Assembly: GCA_963842525.1 (NCBI GenBank)
Contig: CAWJGT010000003.1
Span: 1,632,001 to 1,696,000, forward strand
Direction of reading: 5' to 3'
DNA from: an uncultured Holophagales bacterium
Lineage (GTDB): Bacteria > Acidobacteriota > Thermoanaerobaculia > Multivoradales > UBA5704
DNA length: 64,000 nt
Part shown: piece after piece, positions 1 through 10,591 of the stretch
Layout of the letters: every line of letters begins with the position of its first letter
Numbering within the stretch: the first letter of the stretch is position 1
Notes under the pieces: generated by a model
What the model was told of the DNA's origin: nothing
Databases searched by the model: none
What the model saw: the letters and a program-made list of their open reading frames with translations, nothing else
Translations under genes and position numbers: made by a program

Positions 1-1
1 A

Positions 2-109
2 GTGGACTACCTGGTCGCCTTCGTCGAGAGTGCCAAGCGCGGCGTCCACAAGTCCATGCCGCGGGGAGGCAGGGCCAGCGGCAGCGAGGAGGGCGAAAGC
101 CCTGACTAG
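2..109 (+). CDS. lpxA: 3' end of a gene, probably UDP-N-acetylglucosamine O-acyltransferase (partial)
   Basis: Frame reads VDYLVAFVESAKRGVHK...stop at 107-109, resembling the LpxA C-terminal helix; followed by a Gfo/Idh/MocA gene. Confidence 0.5.
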   Translation: MDYLVAFVESAKRGVHKSMPRGGRASGSEEGESPD

Positions 110-1028
110 CACCCCTCTGCGCGTCGGAGTCGTCGGGGTCGGGGCGATGGGGAGGAACCACGTCCGCATCCTGGCCTCGCTGCCCGGTGCCGAGCTGGTC
201 GGCGTCTACGATGCCCGGCCCGAGATCGCCGAGGCGCTGGCCCAGGAGCACGGCACGCGCGCCTTCGCCCGGCTCGACGACCTGGCCGGAGAGGTCGAAG
301 CCGCGGTCGTGGCCGCCCCCACCGTGGCCCATCCCGAGATCGGCTGCGGCCTGCTCGGGAAAGGCCTCCACGTCCTGGTGGAGAAGCCGATCGCGGCGTC
401 GCTCGCCGAGGCCGACCGGCTGATCGAAGCCGCCGACGGCCGTGTTCTGGCCGTGGGGCATGTCGAGTTCTTCAACCCGGCCGTCCAGGCCCTTGTGGGG
501 CTCGGGGTGCCGCCCCGTTTCGTCGAGGTGCAGCGCCTGGCGGTCTTCACGCCGCGCAGCCTGGACGTGGACGTCGTGCTCGACCTGATGATCCACGACC
601 TCCAGATCCTGCACGCCCTCGATCCGAGCCCGGTCGCCGAGGTGCGCGCCACGGGCATCGCGGTCCTCTCGCCGCGCATCGACATCGCCAATGCCCGTGT
701 CGAGCTGGCCTCGGGCTGCGTGGCGAACCTGACCGCCTCGCGCGATCTCCTCCGAGCGCGTCCGCAAGCTCCGGGCCTTCCTGTCGAGCCGCTACTACTC
801 GCTCGATTACCATGCCCAGGAGATCCACGGCTACCGCCTGGAGGAGGGAGACACGGGCGCGGCGCATCCTGCCCGACAACCTCGCCGTGGACAAGGCCGA
901 GCCCCTGCGCCGCGAGCTCGAAGCCTTCCTCGCCGCCTGCCGGGGCGAGGACGTCCGTCTGGTAGACGGCAGCGGCGGGCCGGCAGGCCCTGGAGACGGC
1001 GCTGGCAGTAGTCCAGGCGATCGGCTGA
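102..1028 (+). CDS. Gfo/Idh/MocA family oxidoreductase (about 3 frameshifts near 745, 860 and 972)
   Basis: VGVVGVGAMG, VEKP and DLMIHD motifs; continuation ISSERVRKLR...EPLRRELEAF...ALETALAV in other frames; start uncertain. Confidence 0.85.
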
Positions 1029-1307
1029 CGGCCTGGAAGCCTTCCAGAACTGTCCGGAAGGCCTGGAGAACCGTCCGGAAGCCCTCAAAATCCGCCCCGA
1101 GCCTTTCGAGATTCCCTCAAACGCTTCGCTGTCACTCCGAAAGACCGGGAAAAGTTGCCGAGGCCCGTCAACCAGGCTCCCTCAAGGTCCTTGATCTCGA
1201 TCTGACTCTCGGCACAGTAGAACCACTGCTGTCGAGTCTCATGCCGGGCGACTCTACGACTCGGCATCCTCCGAGACGTGCTTTTTTCACGGCAGGGGGG
1301 AGGAGGG

Positions 1308-2918
1308 TCAGAACTGGTCCACCCCCGGCCAACTGGCTCCACTGTTGACGATGCGCCACATCATGGCGTCGAGATTGATATCATCGGCCCCGTTCGGATT
1401 TGTTCCGTTCACGATCGCAGCCCAGACGTAGCCGCCGTTTGTGCGGACGAAGTTCGATTTTGTGCCAGGCAGGTATCCCTCGTGCCACCAGTTGGGAACC
1501 GAGTTGACTGACCACCCAAGCGCATAGCTCGACAGTGCCGATTTCGTCGTCATGATCTGGATCGTCGCCGGCGCAAGGATGTCGGGCCGGGTAGCGAAAC
1601 CGTCGACGCGGGTGCCGAAGCGGACGAGCGCCGCGGGAGGCGCGATCCAGCCGCCGTGAGCAGCCATGCGCCGGACGTTCATCGAATAGGCGCTCGCGGG
1701 AGGGTAGTATTTCACCTCGCTGGTCTTCCGCTCCGCCAGGGTGTTGCCCGCGATCTCCATGTCGGTGACGCCGCTGGGAACGAGCACGTTGTCCTTGACG
1801 AACTGTTCGTAGCTCATGCCGGACACCTTCTCGACGATACGCCCGAGCAAGGCATACCCGAAGTTCGAATAGCGATAGGAGGTTCCCGGGTCAGCCAGGA
1901 GCGCATAGGTCGGGCTGGTGAGCGTCCAGTTGATGAGGCTGTCGAGGTCGCGGGCCGGCTCCTTGAACATGGGATCGTTGCCGTTGTTGGTCCATGCCTC
2001 CCCGCCGGCTGTGTGCTGAAGCAAGTGGCGGACCGTGACCGCCTTGAGGCGGTCGCTGTACGGCTGGGTTCCGAAGGTTGTGCCCAGGAGGGCCCCCTCG
2101 CCGAACACCTTGTCGTCGAGGCTCAGCTTCCCTTGTTCCATCAGGCGCAGGATCGCCACCGAAGTGATCGGTTTGGAGACGCTCGCGATGCGAAGCCGGT
2201 GTTTGGGCGTCAGCAGCTCCGGCTGATCACCGGCCGTCTGCGGGTCCTTGTCCTTGTCCGCGACGCCATAGGCTTTTGCGAACACCATCACCCCATCCTT
2301 CGCGATGGCGATCGAGATGCCTGGAGGTCCGATCGCCACATCGTTCCCATTTGCATCCTTTTTCGTTTTGTTGAGCTCCGCCTTGACGATGTCGTCGATC
2401 TTCGGCCGCTCCCAGCCGAGCCCCGGGCACGTCTCCCACGCGATCGCCTGGTTGGGGTCGGCCGTCTCCCAGGAGCAGGTCAGCGTATAGGTGCCGTTGT
2501 TGAACTTCTCCGGAAACCACAGCACGGCGTTCGTGTAGCCGAAGTCCGGACGGCGGACGTGGACGCCCTGGCCCCCATAGTTGGCGATCGCGGAGGTGTC
2601 CTTCCCGTTTACCACCTGCTGAGAGCACGTGACCGGAGCCGTGGACGCCGGCATCAGCCCGGGAGGCAGCTCGTGGCGGACATAACCATACGTGGGACTT
2701 GACACCGGAATCGTGCCGGTCAGGGTCACCGTCGCACTGCCGCCTGAGCCATGGACCTTCTTGATCTTGAGGCTGGCAGGCTTGCCGCCCACCTGCGACC
2801 GATGGCAGGTGCCATTCCACGACAGAATCGTCGCATCTTCCTGCGCCGAGGCTGCGGACGCGGCGAGGATTGCAAGAGACAGGACAACCAGGGCAGCGCC
2901 GCGCGCTCTTTTCTGCAT
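1308..2918 (-). CDS. Secreted serine hydrolase, beta-lactamase (class C-like) family, with extra N-terminal domain
   Basis: Signal peptide; ASVSKP (SxxK), HLLQHTAG, YSNFGY and HEG motifs. Confidence 0.85.
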   Translation of the reverse strand: MQKRARGAALVVLSLAILAASAASAQEDATILSWNGTCHRSQVGGKPASLKIKKVHGSGGSATVTLTGTIPVSSPTYGYVRHELPPGLMPASTAPVTCSQQVVNGKDTSAIANYGGQGVHVRRPDFGYTNAVLWFPEKFNNGTYTLTCSWETADPNQAIAWETCPGLGWERPKIDDIVKAELNKTKKDANGNDVAIGPPGISIAIAKDGVMVFAKAYGVADKDKDPQTAGDQPELLTPKHRLRIASVSKPITSVAILRLMEQGKLSLDDKVFGEGALLGTTFGTQPYSDRLKAVTVRHLLQHTAGGEAWTNNGNDPMFKEPARDLDSLINWTLTSPTYALLADPGTSYRYSNFGYALLGRIVEKVSGMSYEQFVKDNVLVPSGVTDMEIAGNTLAERKTSEVKYYPPASAYSMNVRRMAAHGGWIAPPAALVRFGTRVDGFATRPDILAPATIQIMTTKSALSSYALGWSVNSVPNWWHEGYLPGTKSNFVRTNGGYVWAAIVNGTNPNGADDINLDAMMWRIVNSGASWPGVDQF

Positions 2919-3096
2919 TGCCGAATCCTCCATGATCGATCCTCCTTGCAAAGGGGATCTGGAGAAGACGCGCAGCGCTGCGCCGGATCTGGTCATCGTC
3001 CTTGCCGGGCGAGCGCCGAGAATCCTCTGGCGCCTCTGCCGCGGGGGACAACGCCGCGGGAGGCTTCTCCTCCCCGTCTTGCGATAAGATGTCTCC

Positions 3097-3456
3097 ATGC
3101 GGCCGGTATTCGCGGATCCCAAGACCGACTTCGTCTTCAAACGCATCTTCGGCAGCGAAGTTCACAAACCGCTCCTCATCGAGCTCCTCAATGCCTTGCT
3201 GGATGAGCTCGACCTGTACGACCGTGCGAAGATCGCCGAGCAGGATGCCCGCGGCGCCCTCAGCCTGGCCGAACGGCAGGGGCGCGAAGAGGGGCGGCAG
3301 GAAGGCCGTGCCGAGGGGCTGCGCGAAGCGATCCGTGACCTATGCCAGGCGTTTGAGATAGAGATTGACGCGGAGCGGGAAGCCCGGCTGGCCGGCATGG
3401 GGGTCGGCGAGCTGAAGGAGCTGCAGGCCCGCTTGTTGCGCGAGCCGCTGTGGTAG
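3097..3456 (+). CDS. Internally deleted Rpn/PD-(D/E)XK nuclease-family protein (N-terminal 35 aa joined to C-terminal tail)
   Basis: Near-identical to both ends of 29940..30902 but lacks about 190 central codons. Confidence 0.85.
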   Translation: MRPVFADPKTDFVFKRIFGSEVHKPLLIELLNALLDELDLYDRAKIAEQDARGALSLAERQGREEGRQEGRAEGLREAIRDLCQAFEIEIDAEREARLAGMGVGELKELQARLLREPLW

Positions 3457-3468
3457 GAGCTGAAGCAG

Positions 3469-3897
3469 ATGAAAACCCTCGAAGAGATTGAAGAAGAGGA
3501 ACGTTACGTTCCTGTGCCCAGGATCGATCCCAAGGACTCGGAAGATTACGCCGTCTTTCGCGAGACGTTCCTTCAGTATTTGGGGGCGAACGCGGCCGTT
3601 TCTGCTTTCAGGAAGTTTGGAATGGCCCTGAACGACCTCGCCGTTGAGCGATCCCCGCCCGCCCAGGTCTCCGCAGACGACCCAACCGCCGAGGAACTGC
3701 GGGCGGTCGTGGCCGATCTTCGTTTTCTTCAGGGCCATCTTCGAAACATCATTGACATCAGGGATCACTCCAATCTCCCCCGCCGCGAGGCGCGTCTGTG
3801 CCGGTTCGCGACCCGGATGGCCGAAAAAGTCGGGAAGCTCGCCGACGAGATCGAAAAGATGCTCGCGGAAGAGCCTCCGGAGAGCGAAAAACCCTGA
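3469..3897 (+). CDS. Hypothetical helical protein
   Basis: AGGAG upstream, plausible composition, directly downstream of the mini-Rpn. Confidence 0.65.
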   Translation: MKTLEEIEEEERYVPVPRIDPKDSEDYAVFRETFLQYLGANAAVSAFRKFGMALNDLAVERSPPAQVSADDPTAEELRAVVADLRFLQGHLRNIIDIRDHSNLPRREARLCRFATRMAEKVGKLADEIEKMLAEEPPESEKP

Positions 3898-4284
3898 ACC
3901 TCTGAAGGTCGGGACGCAGGGCATCGCCACAGTCAGGCGTGCTCAACACAAACCAGCTCACCCGAATGACGCGGTCGCACGAACCGCAGGCCGGTGTGGC
4001 GCCTCGTAGCGGCCATGCAGAGTTACGGGATCGCCCGGCTGCTTACGTTCTACGTCGGTCACTTCCGCAGCCTGCCGGTCACGATCCTCGACCCCGCTTC
4101 GCCGTGATCGGAGAGGTCGGGCTCCAAAACTGCATAGCGAGCAGCCCCGAGGACGAGCAACCGCCCGCTCTCCGGTCCCTGCCTCGATCTGCCGAAGAGG
4201 CTGATGATCCTCTAGAAGGCTCCTCCCTTCTGACGAGCCGCGATAGGGCTCGTCGGGAGAACCAATCCCTGAAAGGAGGAGCGT

Positions 4285-5232
4285 ATGGGACTGTACTGTG
4301 GAATCGACTTGCATTCAACCAACAGCTATCTCGTCGTGATGAACGAGCAACTGCAATCGGTCCTCAGCAGACGGGTGCCCAACCGTCTGGAGGCCGTCGT
4401 GGAAGCCCTGGAGCCCTTCCGGGAGCAGACCCAGGCGATCGCCGTGGAGTCCACCTTCAACTGGTACTGGTTGGTGGATGGCCTCATGGAGGCCGGCTAC
4501 GAGGTTCGCCTGGTCAACACCTCCGCGGTTCGCCAGTACGAGGGCTTGAAGTACGTCGATGATCGCCATGACGCCCGGTGGCTGGCGCGCCTGCTCCACC
4601 TCAACATTCTGCCCACCGGCCACATCTATCCGAAAAAGGAACGTGCTGTGCGAGATCTGCTGCGCCGCCGAACTTTTCTGGTGCGACAGCGCACCGCCAG
4701 CTTGCTGAGCGTCAAAAACGTCTTCTCGCGCTACACCGGGGTTCAAGTTTCCCTCAACGAGCTCAAGCGCATGACGGCCGAGCAGGTCGAGGAGCAGTTC
4801 ACGGACCCACACATCGCCTTGACGATCACGAGCAGCCTGGCGATCGCCCGCACCCTGAAAGACCAAATCTCCGGCATCGAGAAAGCTGTTCTCAAACAGG
4901 CCAAGCTGAGGCCCGAATTCGAGCTGCTCGAGAGCATTCCCGGCATCGGTTTGACCCTTGCCCTGACCATCATGTACGAGACCGGCTCCATTGCTCGCTT
5001 TGCCGAGGCCGGCCACTTCTCCTCCTACTGCCGCTGTGTACCCAGCCAGCACCTCAGCAACGGCAAGGTCAAGGGCTCCGGCAACGTGCGCAATGGCAAC
5101 CCGTACCTGTCCTGGGCGTTCACGGAGGCCTCGCACTTCGCCATCCGGTTCGAGCCCCTCGCCAAGCGTCTCTACGAGCGCAAGCGGGCCAGGACCAACG
5201 AGCTGGTCGCCCTGCTGTCCGGCGTCAACTAG
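4285..5232 (+). mobile_element. IS110-family transposase, C-terminus truncated at 5215 by IS21
   Basis: CGIDLH, AVEST, DD-x-x-DA, SIPGIG, S-x-GK and GNPYL motifs; AGGAGG RBS; last codons come from the IS21 end. Confidence 0.9.
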
Positions 5233-5457
5233 ATTTGAGGGTCGGCGACAATTAGAACTGCGGGATCCTCCTCCAGTTCGTGTCAACACTCCTACGGGGG
5301 GCGGGGGGGCTTCTTTTAGGGGGCCAGGTGGGGGCTGGTCGGTTTTTGACCTCCTTCCGGGGGCAGGGACTTAGCAGGGAAGGATGCCCGCAGCTGCGGG
5401 CATCCTTCAGCGATTGCAATTATGCGCCGTAACATGGCCTATCCAAGCTCCGGAAGC

Positions 5458-6234
5458 TCATGCCCCGCGGGCCCCCTTGGCTCCTGCAGCTCTCTCCTTG
5501 GCCGCCTGCGCCCGGTAGCTCTCGATGCTCAGCTCCAGGATCACCGAATGATGGACGATCCGATCCACCGCGGCCGCCGTCGTCATCGGGTCCTTGAAGA
5601 TCTGCTCCCACTTGCTGAACACCAGGTTGCTGGTGATCAGCACCGAGCGCCTCTCGTACCGCTCGGCGATCAGGGTAAACAGAACCTCCATCTCCTCGCG
5701 GCTTTGCTCGACGTAGCCGAGGTCGTCCAGGATCAGGGCTTCGAATCGGTCCAGCCGCTTCAGCTCGGCCGCCAGACGCAGATCCCGCTTCGCGGCCAGA
5801 AGCCGCTGGACGATCTGATACGTCGGGGAAAACAGCACCGTCCGGCCCCCGCGCACCAGCTCCTGGCCCAGACCGCAGACCAGGTGCGACTTGCCCGTCC
5901 CAGGGTTGCCAAACACGATCAGATTGGTGGCTTGGTCCAGAAACGAGCCGTCCTGAAGAGCGGCCAGGGCCGCCCTGGCCTTGGGCGGAAGCCGGCCTAC
6001 CTCGAAGCCCGCCAGGCTCTTTTCCCGCGGCAGCCTGGACTCCTGAAGCAGTCTCTCGACCCGGCGCTCGCACCGTTCGCTGGCCTCTTGCTCGGCAAGG
6101 GCCAGAAGATACCCCTCGTGGGTGAGCCCCCCACGCACCGCCTGAGCGGCCACCGTCGCGTACTCCCGGGCGAAGGTCGGCAGGCACAACGACTTCAGCA
6201 GCAGCGGCAACCCCGCCTCGCTGGCCGGCTTCAC
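5458..6234 (-). CDS. istB: IS21 helper ATPase IstB
   Basis: GNPGTGKS Walker A, LILDDLGY, ITSN, DRIVHH; GTG start overlaps istA stop. Confidence 0.95.
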   Translation of the reverse strand: MKPASEAGLPLLLKSLCLPTFAREYATVAAQAVRGGLTHEGYLLALAEQEASERCERRVERLLQESRLPREKSLAGFEVGRLPPKARAALAALQDGSFLDQATNLIVFGNPGTGKSHLVCGLGQELVRGGRTVLFSPTYQIVQRLLAAKRDLRLAAELKRLDRFEALILDDLGYVEQSREEMEVLFTLIAERYERRSVLITSNLVFSKWEQIFKDPMTTAAAVDRIVHHSVILELSIESYRAQAAKERAAGAKGARGA

Positions 6235-7706
6235 AGGCCACCTCCTGCCGCGGCGATGCACTCGTCGTAGACCCGCAGGTCCGGAGGATCGATCCGGCAC
6301 ACCGGCGGCTCCAGGCGCACCGGCCGAAGGGCCGTCTGTACCTGCGCGAAGTCCCGCAGCTCGCCGCCCTCCAACAGGGCCGAAAGCGCACCCTCCACCG
6401 CGCTTTCTCCCGTGCTCGCCGCCAGGTGCAGAATCCGCACATACTCCACGTCCGCCCGCGCTCCGTGACGCCCCTCCAGCGCATCATAGGTCTGCCGGAA
6501 AACCAAGCTCGGAAACAGCGCCTCCCGGTACCGGTAGCGCGCGAACGCTCCCGGCTTGCGGATCAACGACCAGATCAGGTGGCGATAGTCGATGGCGGCG
6601 TGACCGCGGCCCCGCAGGCGCTCCATCTCGGCCACCCGCTCACCGGCAAAGTGCACCTCGATCCGCTCCGCATACAGCCGAATGTCCACCCACTCGCCGA
6701 TCAACCGCGAGGCCACCGAGTAGACGTTGTTGGCCACCCGCAGGGTCGAAAACACGCTGACCCGCACCCGCTCCCGCCGGAAGTCGTCCAGGCGCGACAG
6801 CGGCAGATCCCTCATCCGCTCCAGCTCCTCGCGCAGCTTGACGGCTCGGCCACGGTTGCGCCCCGAAAAGATCTCACCCAAAAACACCTCGTACGCGGCG
6901 CGGCTCGAAAACTCCCGGCCCCCCCGCAGCAGAAGCGCCTGCTGGACAGCCCGCTTGAAGCGGTGGTGCGCCTGCTCCACATCGCCGTTTTCGTGGCCAC
7001 GCCCAGGGGTGTTGCAGTCGGGCTGGACCTGGTAGTGCGCCAGCGCACCCAGGTAGCGCTCGTTGAACGTCCGGCCCCCCTCGCCCAGCTCGTGGGTGGC
7101 CGCCGAAAGGTTGTCCGTCCGGTGTAGCTTCGGCACCTTGCTCAACTCCCAGACGGCGGCCTGGAAACCCCCGATGAGAGCCTCGAAACTCTCCGAAAAG
7201 CAGATCCCGCCCGTCTCCCAGTTCGAATACGGCAACACGAAGTGGAACATCAGGTGGTCGAACGGCTCGCCCCCGAGGCAAATCCCCAGCTCCGTCATGC
7301 TCGTGAAGTCGCTCTGGGCGTACTCCCCCGGCCGGTGTTCCTGCGCGAACATGACCTCCCGCTCGGGACCCTGCGACGCCCGCCAACGGCGGATCCGCCG
7401 CTGCAATGTACGCAGCTGACCGTCCGAAAAGCTCAGCTCCGGCCGCCCCCTCAGCAGCTCGAAGATCGTCACCGCCTCCAGGCCGGGCGCCTGCTTGAGC
7501 ATCCCTTCGATCTCCGGCCACACCCCGGCAAACGGGTCCGGCCGGGTCCGATACTGCCGCATGACCTTGCGCTGGCCCGGAAGCGCACCCTCGCGATACC
7601 GCCGTGCCGTGTTCTCACTCATCCCAGAGCGCAGAGCTGCGCTCGACAGCGACTCTCCCTTGCCAAGTTCCATCCTCAACCTCCTTACCTACTTATCCGT
7701 CAACAT
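6231..7706 (-). CDS. istA: IS21 transposase IstA (amber codon at codon 6; alternative start near 7673)
   Basis: HTH, QSDFT, TDN, ENGDVEQ and YSV motifs. Confidence 0.9.
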
Positions 7707-7888
7707 CAGCCCCCCAATTCATGAGGGGCAAGAGCCTACGGGACAAGCGTTTACGAGGACTGGAACCCCGCAATTCTAATTGTCGTCACCCCGCAGTTCT
7801 AATTGTCGCCGAACAACCGGGAGGCGCGACGTCCAAAGACCGTGCTGGAGCAGGTGGAAATCGTGGAAAAGGTCCACAGCTCGATCCG

Positions 7889-8356
7889 CTATGTGCACAC
7901 TTTCCAGGGCGCCCTATAGTCAGAATAGGCAGGATCTCCGTAGAACTCCAAGATCATTTGTCGCAGTGATAAATTATTGGCGCCGCGGCCCGCTAATATT
8001 CTCATCGCATCGGTACCGTCAACACTCATGATGCCAAAAAGGAGGTGGGCAGGAGCTACTAAGTGGCCGAGCGTTTCGGCTTCATGTGCAGCATAGACAA
8101 GGACCTTCTTGACGTCCTCCGAGAGAGGAATCTCTCTCGTTAGGTGCTCGCGAACAGGTTCTGCCCCGAGCTCAGCGCGGATGCCATTGGCTTCTATGCC
8201 GTATCGTCGAAATATTTCTGAAACGACATCGTCTTCGATCTCGAAGAGCCCTAAGAGGATATGGTGAGTGTCAATCATCTCCCAGGCAAGTTGGTTCGCT
8301 GCGGACCGAGAAAAGAACAAAGCGAGCTTCGCCTTTTCGTTAAATTTTTCGAACAT
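7889..8356 (-). CDS. Stand-alone Clp N-terminal (Clp_N repeat) protein
   Basis: MFEKFNEKAK...HILLGL and second repeat LSEDVKKVL...HLLFGI; GGAGG RBS. Confidence 0.8.
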   Translation of the reverse strand: MFEKFNEKAKLALFFSRSAANQLAWEMIDTHHILLGLFEIEDDVVSEIFRRYGIEANGIRAELGAEPVREHLTREIPLSEDVKKVLVYAAHEAETLGHLVAPAHLLFGIMSVDGTDAMRILAGRGANNLSLRQMILEFYGDPAYSDYRAPWKVCT

Positions 8357-8560
8357 CTATTCCCTCCGCTTCATGATAGCTAGGTCGAGCATGCTTGCTC
8401 ATTCCGGCCGCTATGCTGTACTGGAGCGCTGAGACCACTAGCTATCGATACAAATATCAGTTTACGAGACTTTGGCATCCTCGTCAACGTGCGGCTGATT
8501 CCTCCTCGCGACCGCGGATAAGGCACTCGTTGCCGAGGCGCCGATAGCAAACGCATGGCA

Positions 8561-10591
8561 GTGCGACACGAAGGGAGGTCTGATGTGAGCTGATTTGCAG
8601 ATTACAGAGAGACCTCCTGGGTCTCGAAGGCCAGCGGGTGGAAGTCCCGCCCGGGGAATTGTCGGTTCGCCCGGTAGCCACTGGAGCAGCCGAGCTCGAG
8701 CAATCGTCCGGCTGAAGCCTCCGGGGAAGTCCTCGGTGCAACCGAGGTGCAAATGCGCAGGCCGAAAAGCACGTGAACCCTGAGCAGGCCTCGATAGTTT
8801 CTCGCTGGAGCCGACCCTCCTGCCATAAGGGGAAGGCCGTCGGGGGGTGGGGGAGCAACCGACCGAAGAACCCGTCCTCTCCAGCCGGGGTAGTGGGGTC
8901 AGCATGCGCAGACAAGGTCTTTGAGGCAACGTGTGAGATCCACATAGGTGGTGGGTCGCGGCCACCAACCGAGGTGATCTGAAATGGTCAGCCTCGGGCC
9001 GTGTGGAAGTCGGAGGGGCCCATGGTACCGAGGAAGCGCCGGTGGAGGGACGGAGCCCTGGTTCGGGCATGCTTCTCAACGAGAAGGAGACCGGGAATTG
9101 ACGATGAGTCTAGAACCCGATCAAGTCGAGCGACTCCGGAAGAAGCTGTATGAGAAGGCCAAGCGGGAGCCAGACTTTCGGTTCTACACGCTGTACGACA
9201 AGGTGTGCTGGGCGGAAACCCTGGAGAGGGCCTACCGACAGGCGAAAGCCAACGACGGAGCGCCCGGAGTCGACGGGGTCCGGTTTGAGGACATTGAGGC
9301 GTACGGTGTAGAGCGGTGGCTGGCCGAGCTTCGGCAGGAACTGGTGGAAGAGACCTACCGCCCCCAACCGGTGCGGCGGGTGATGATCCCGAAGCCCGGC
9401 GGAGGCGAGCGTCCCCTCGGAATCCCGACCATCAGGGATCGGGTGGTGCAGACCGCCGTCGTGCTGATCCTTGAGCCGATCTTCGAAGCTGATTTCGAGG
9501 ACAACGTCTATGCCTACCGGCCGGAGCGCAGTGCGCACGGCGCACTGGCCGAGGTGCAGGGGCGGTTGTATGGAGGCCAGCAGCACGTCGTAGATGCCGA
9601 CGTGACGAAGTACTTCGACACCATCCCCCACGCCGAGCTGTTGCAGAGCGTGGCCCGGCGGGTGGCCGACGGGAAGATCCTGCATCTGCTCAAGCTGTGG
9701 CTGAAATCCCCGGCGGAAGAGAGGGATGAGAGGGGAAACCGGCGGATAACAGGCGGCAAGAAGAGCAAGCGGGGGACTCCTCAAGGCGGAGTTGTTTCAC
9801 CTCTGATGGCTAACATCTACATCAACCGTCTTCTGCGCCACTGGAGGAAGACCGGGGCGACGCAACGGTTGGGACAGATCGTCTCCTATGCCGATGACTT
9901 CGTGATTGTCTGCGCAAGCCGCCGCCAGGCCGAAGAAAGTCTGGCGCTGGTATCGCGCTGGTTGGCGAAGCTCGGGCTGACGCTTCATCCCACCAAAACG
10001 CGCCTCTGTCACGCCCGAGAAGAGCCGTTTGACTTCCTGGGCTACACCTTCGGGCCGGTGCGGCACTGGCTGAGCGGGAAGAGATTCATCTCGGCTCGGC
10101 CATCCAAGAAGGCCCAGAAGAGGCTCAAGGAGAAGATCAACATCCGGCTACGCCGGGGAAACCCAACCCCTTGGCCCAAGCTGCGAGACCGGCTCAACCG
10201 ACTCCTGTCGGGGTGGGCCGAGTACTTCAGCTTCGGTTTTACGGGCCAAGCTGACACAGCCATCAGCTGGCACGTGCGGGCACGGGTTCGGCGATTCCTC
10301 TGCCGGCGGCATAAGCTGCGCGTCAGCGGAACCAGCCGATTCAGCTACTCTGAGATCCATGGCAAGGCGGGAGTGATCGACATCCGCCAGAGGCGCCTGC
10401 AAGGAAGTCCCGTGCATGCCCTCTCGTGAAGCCCGTCCGAGAGCCGGATGCGGGAGATCCGCAAGTCCGGTTCGATGAGCGGCGGTGGGAAACGGAGACA
10501 CGGCCGAGACTGAGGCACCGGCGAGTGGCGAAAGCCGCCGGAAACAGCTACTCCCTCGACCTACAGACACCGCGCCCGCCGCCGACTCTAC
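8561..10591 (+). mobile_element. Complete bacterial group II intron
   Basis: 5' GTGCG; EBS1 TGCCAT (8821-8826) complementary to IBS1 ATGGCA (8555-8560); domain V GAGCCGGATGCGGGAGATCCGCAAGTCCGGTTC at 10441; 3' end ACTCTAC. Confidence 0.92.
9104..10429 (+). CDS. ltrA: Group II intron reverse transcriptase/maturase, no endonuclease domain
   Basis: APGVDG, RPLGIPTIRDR, GTPQGG, YADD, FDFLGY motifs and domain X. Confidence 0.95.
   Translation: MSLEPDQVERLRKKLYEKAKREPDFRFYTLYDKVCWAETLERAYRQAKANDGAPGVDGVRFEDIEAYGVERWLAELRQELVEETYRPQPVRRVMIPKPGGGERPLGIPTIRDRVVQTAVVLILEPIFEADFEDNVYAYRPERSAHGALAEVQGRLYGGQQHVVDADVTKYFDTIPHAELLQSVARRVADGKILHLLKLWLKSPAEERDERGNRRITGGKKSKRGTPQGGVVSPLMANIYINRLLRHWRKTGATQRLGQIVSYADDFVIVCASRRQAEESLALVSRWLAKLGLTLHPTKTRLCHAREEPFDFLGYTFGPVRHWLSGKRFISARPSKKAQKRLKEKINIRLRRGNPTPWPKLRDRLNRLLSGWAEYFSFGFTGQADTAISWHVRARVRRFLCRRHKLRVSGTSRFSYSEIHGKAGVIDIRQRRLQGSPVHALS

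Larger units (their letters stand above)
5216..7815 (-). mobile_element. Complete IS21-family insertion sequence
   Basis: TG...CA ends; inverted repeats TGTCCGGCGTCAACTAGA (left) and TGTTCGGCGACAATTAGA (right, reverse complement), each with an internal CGACAATTAGAA repeat; istA-istB inside. Confidence 0.95.

Noticed and set aside
9104-10429. This RT as the enzyme for the DGR, or as a retron/defence RT
   Set aside because: It is embedded in a full group II intron and has YADD and a maturase domain
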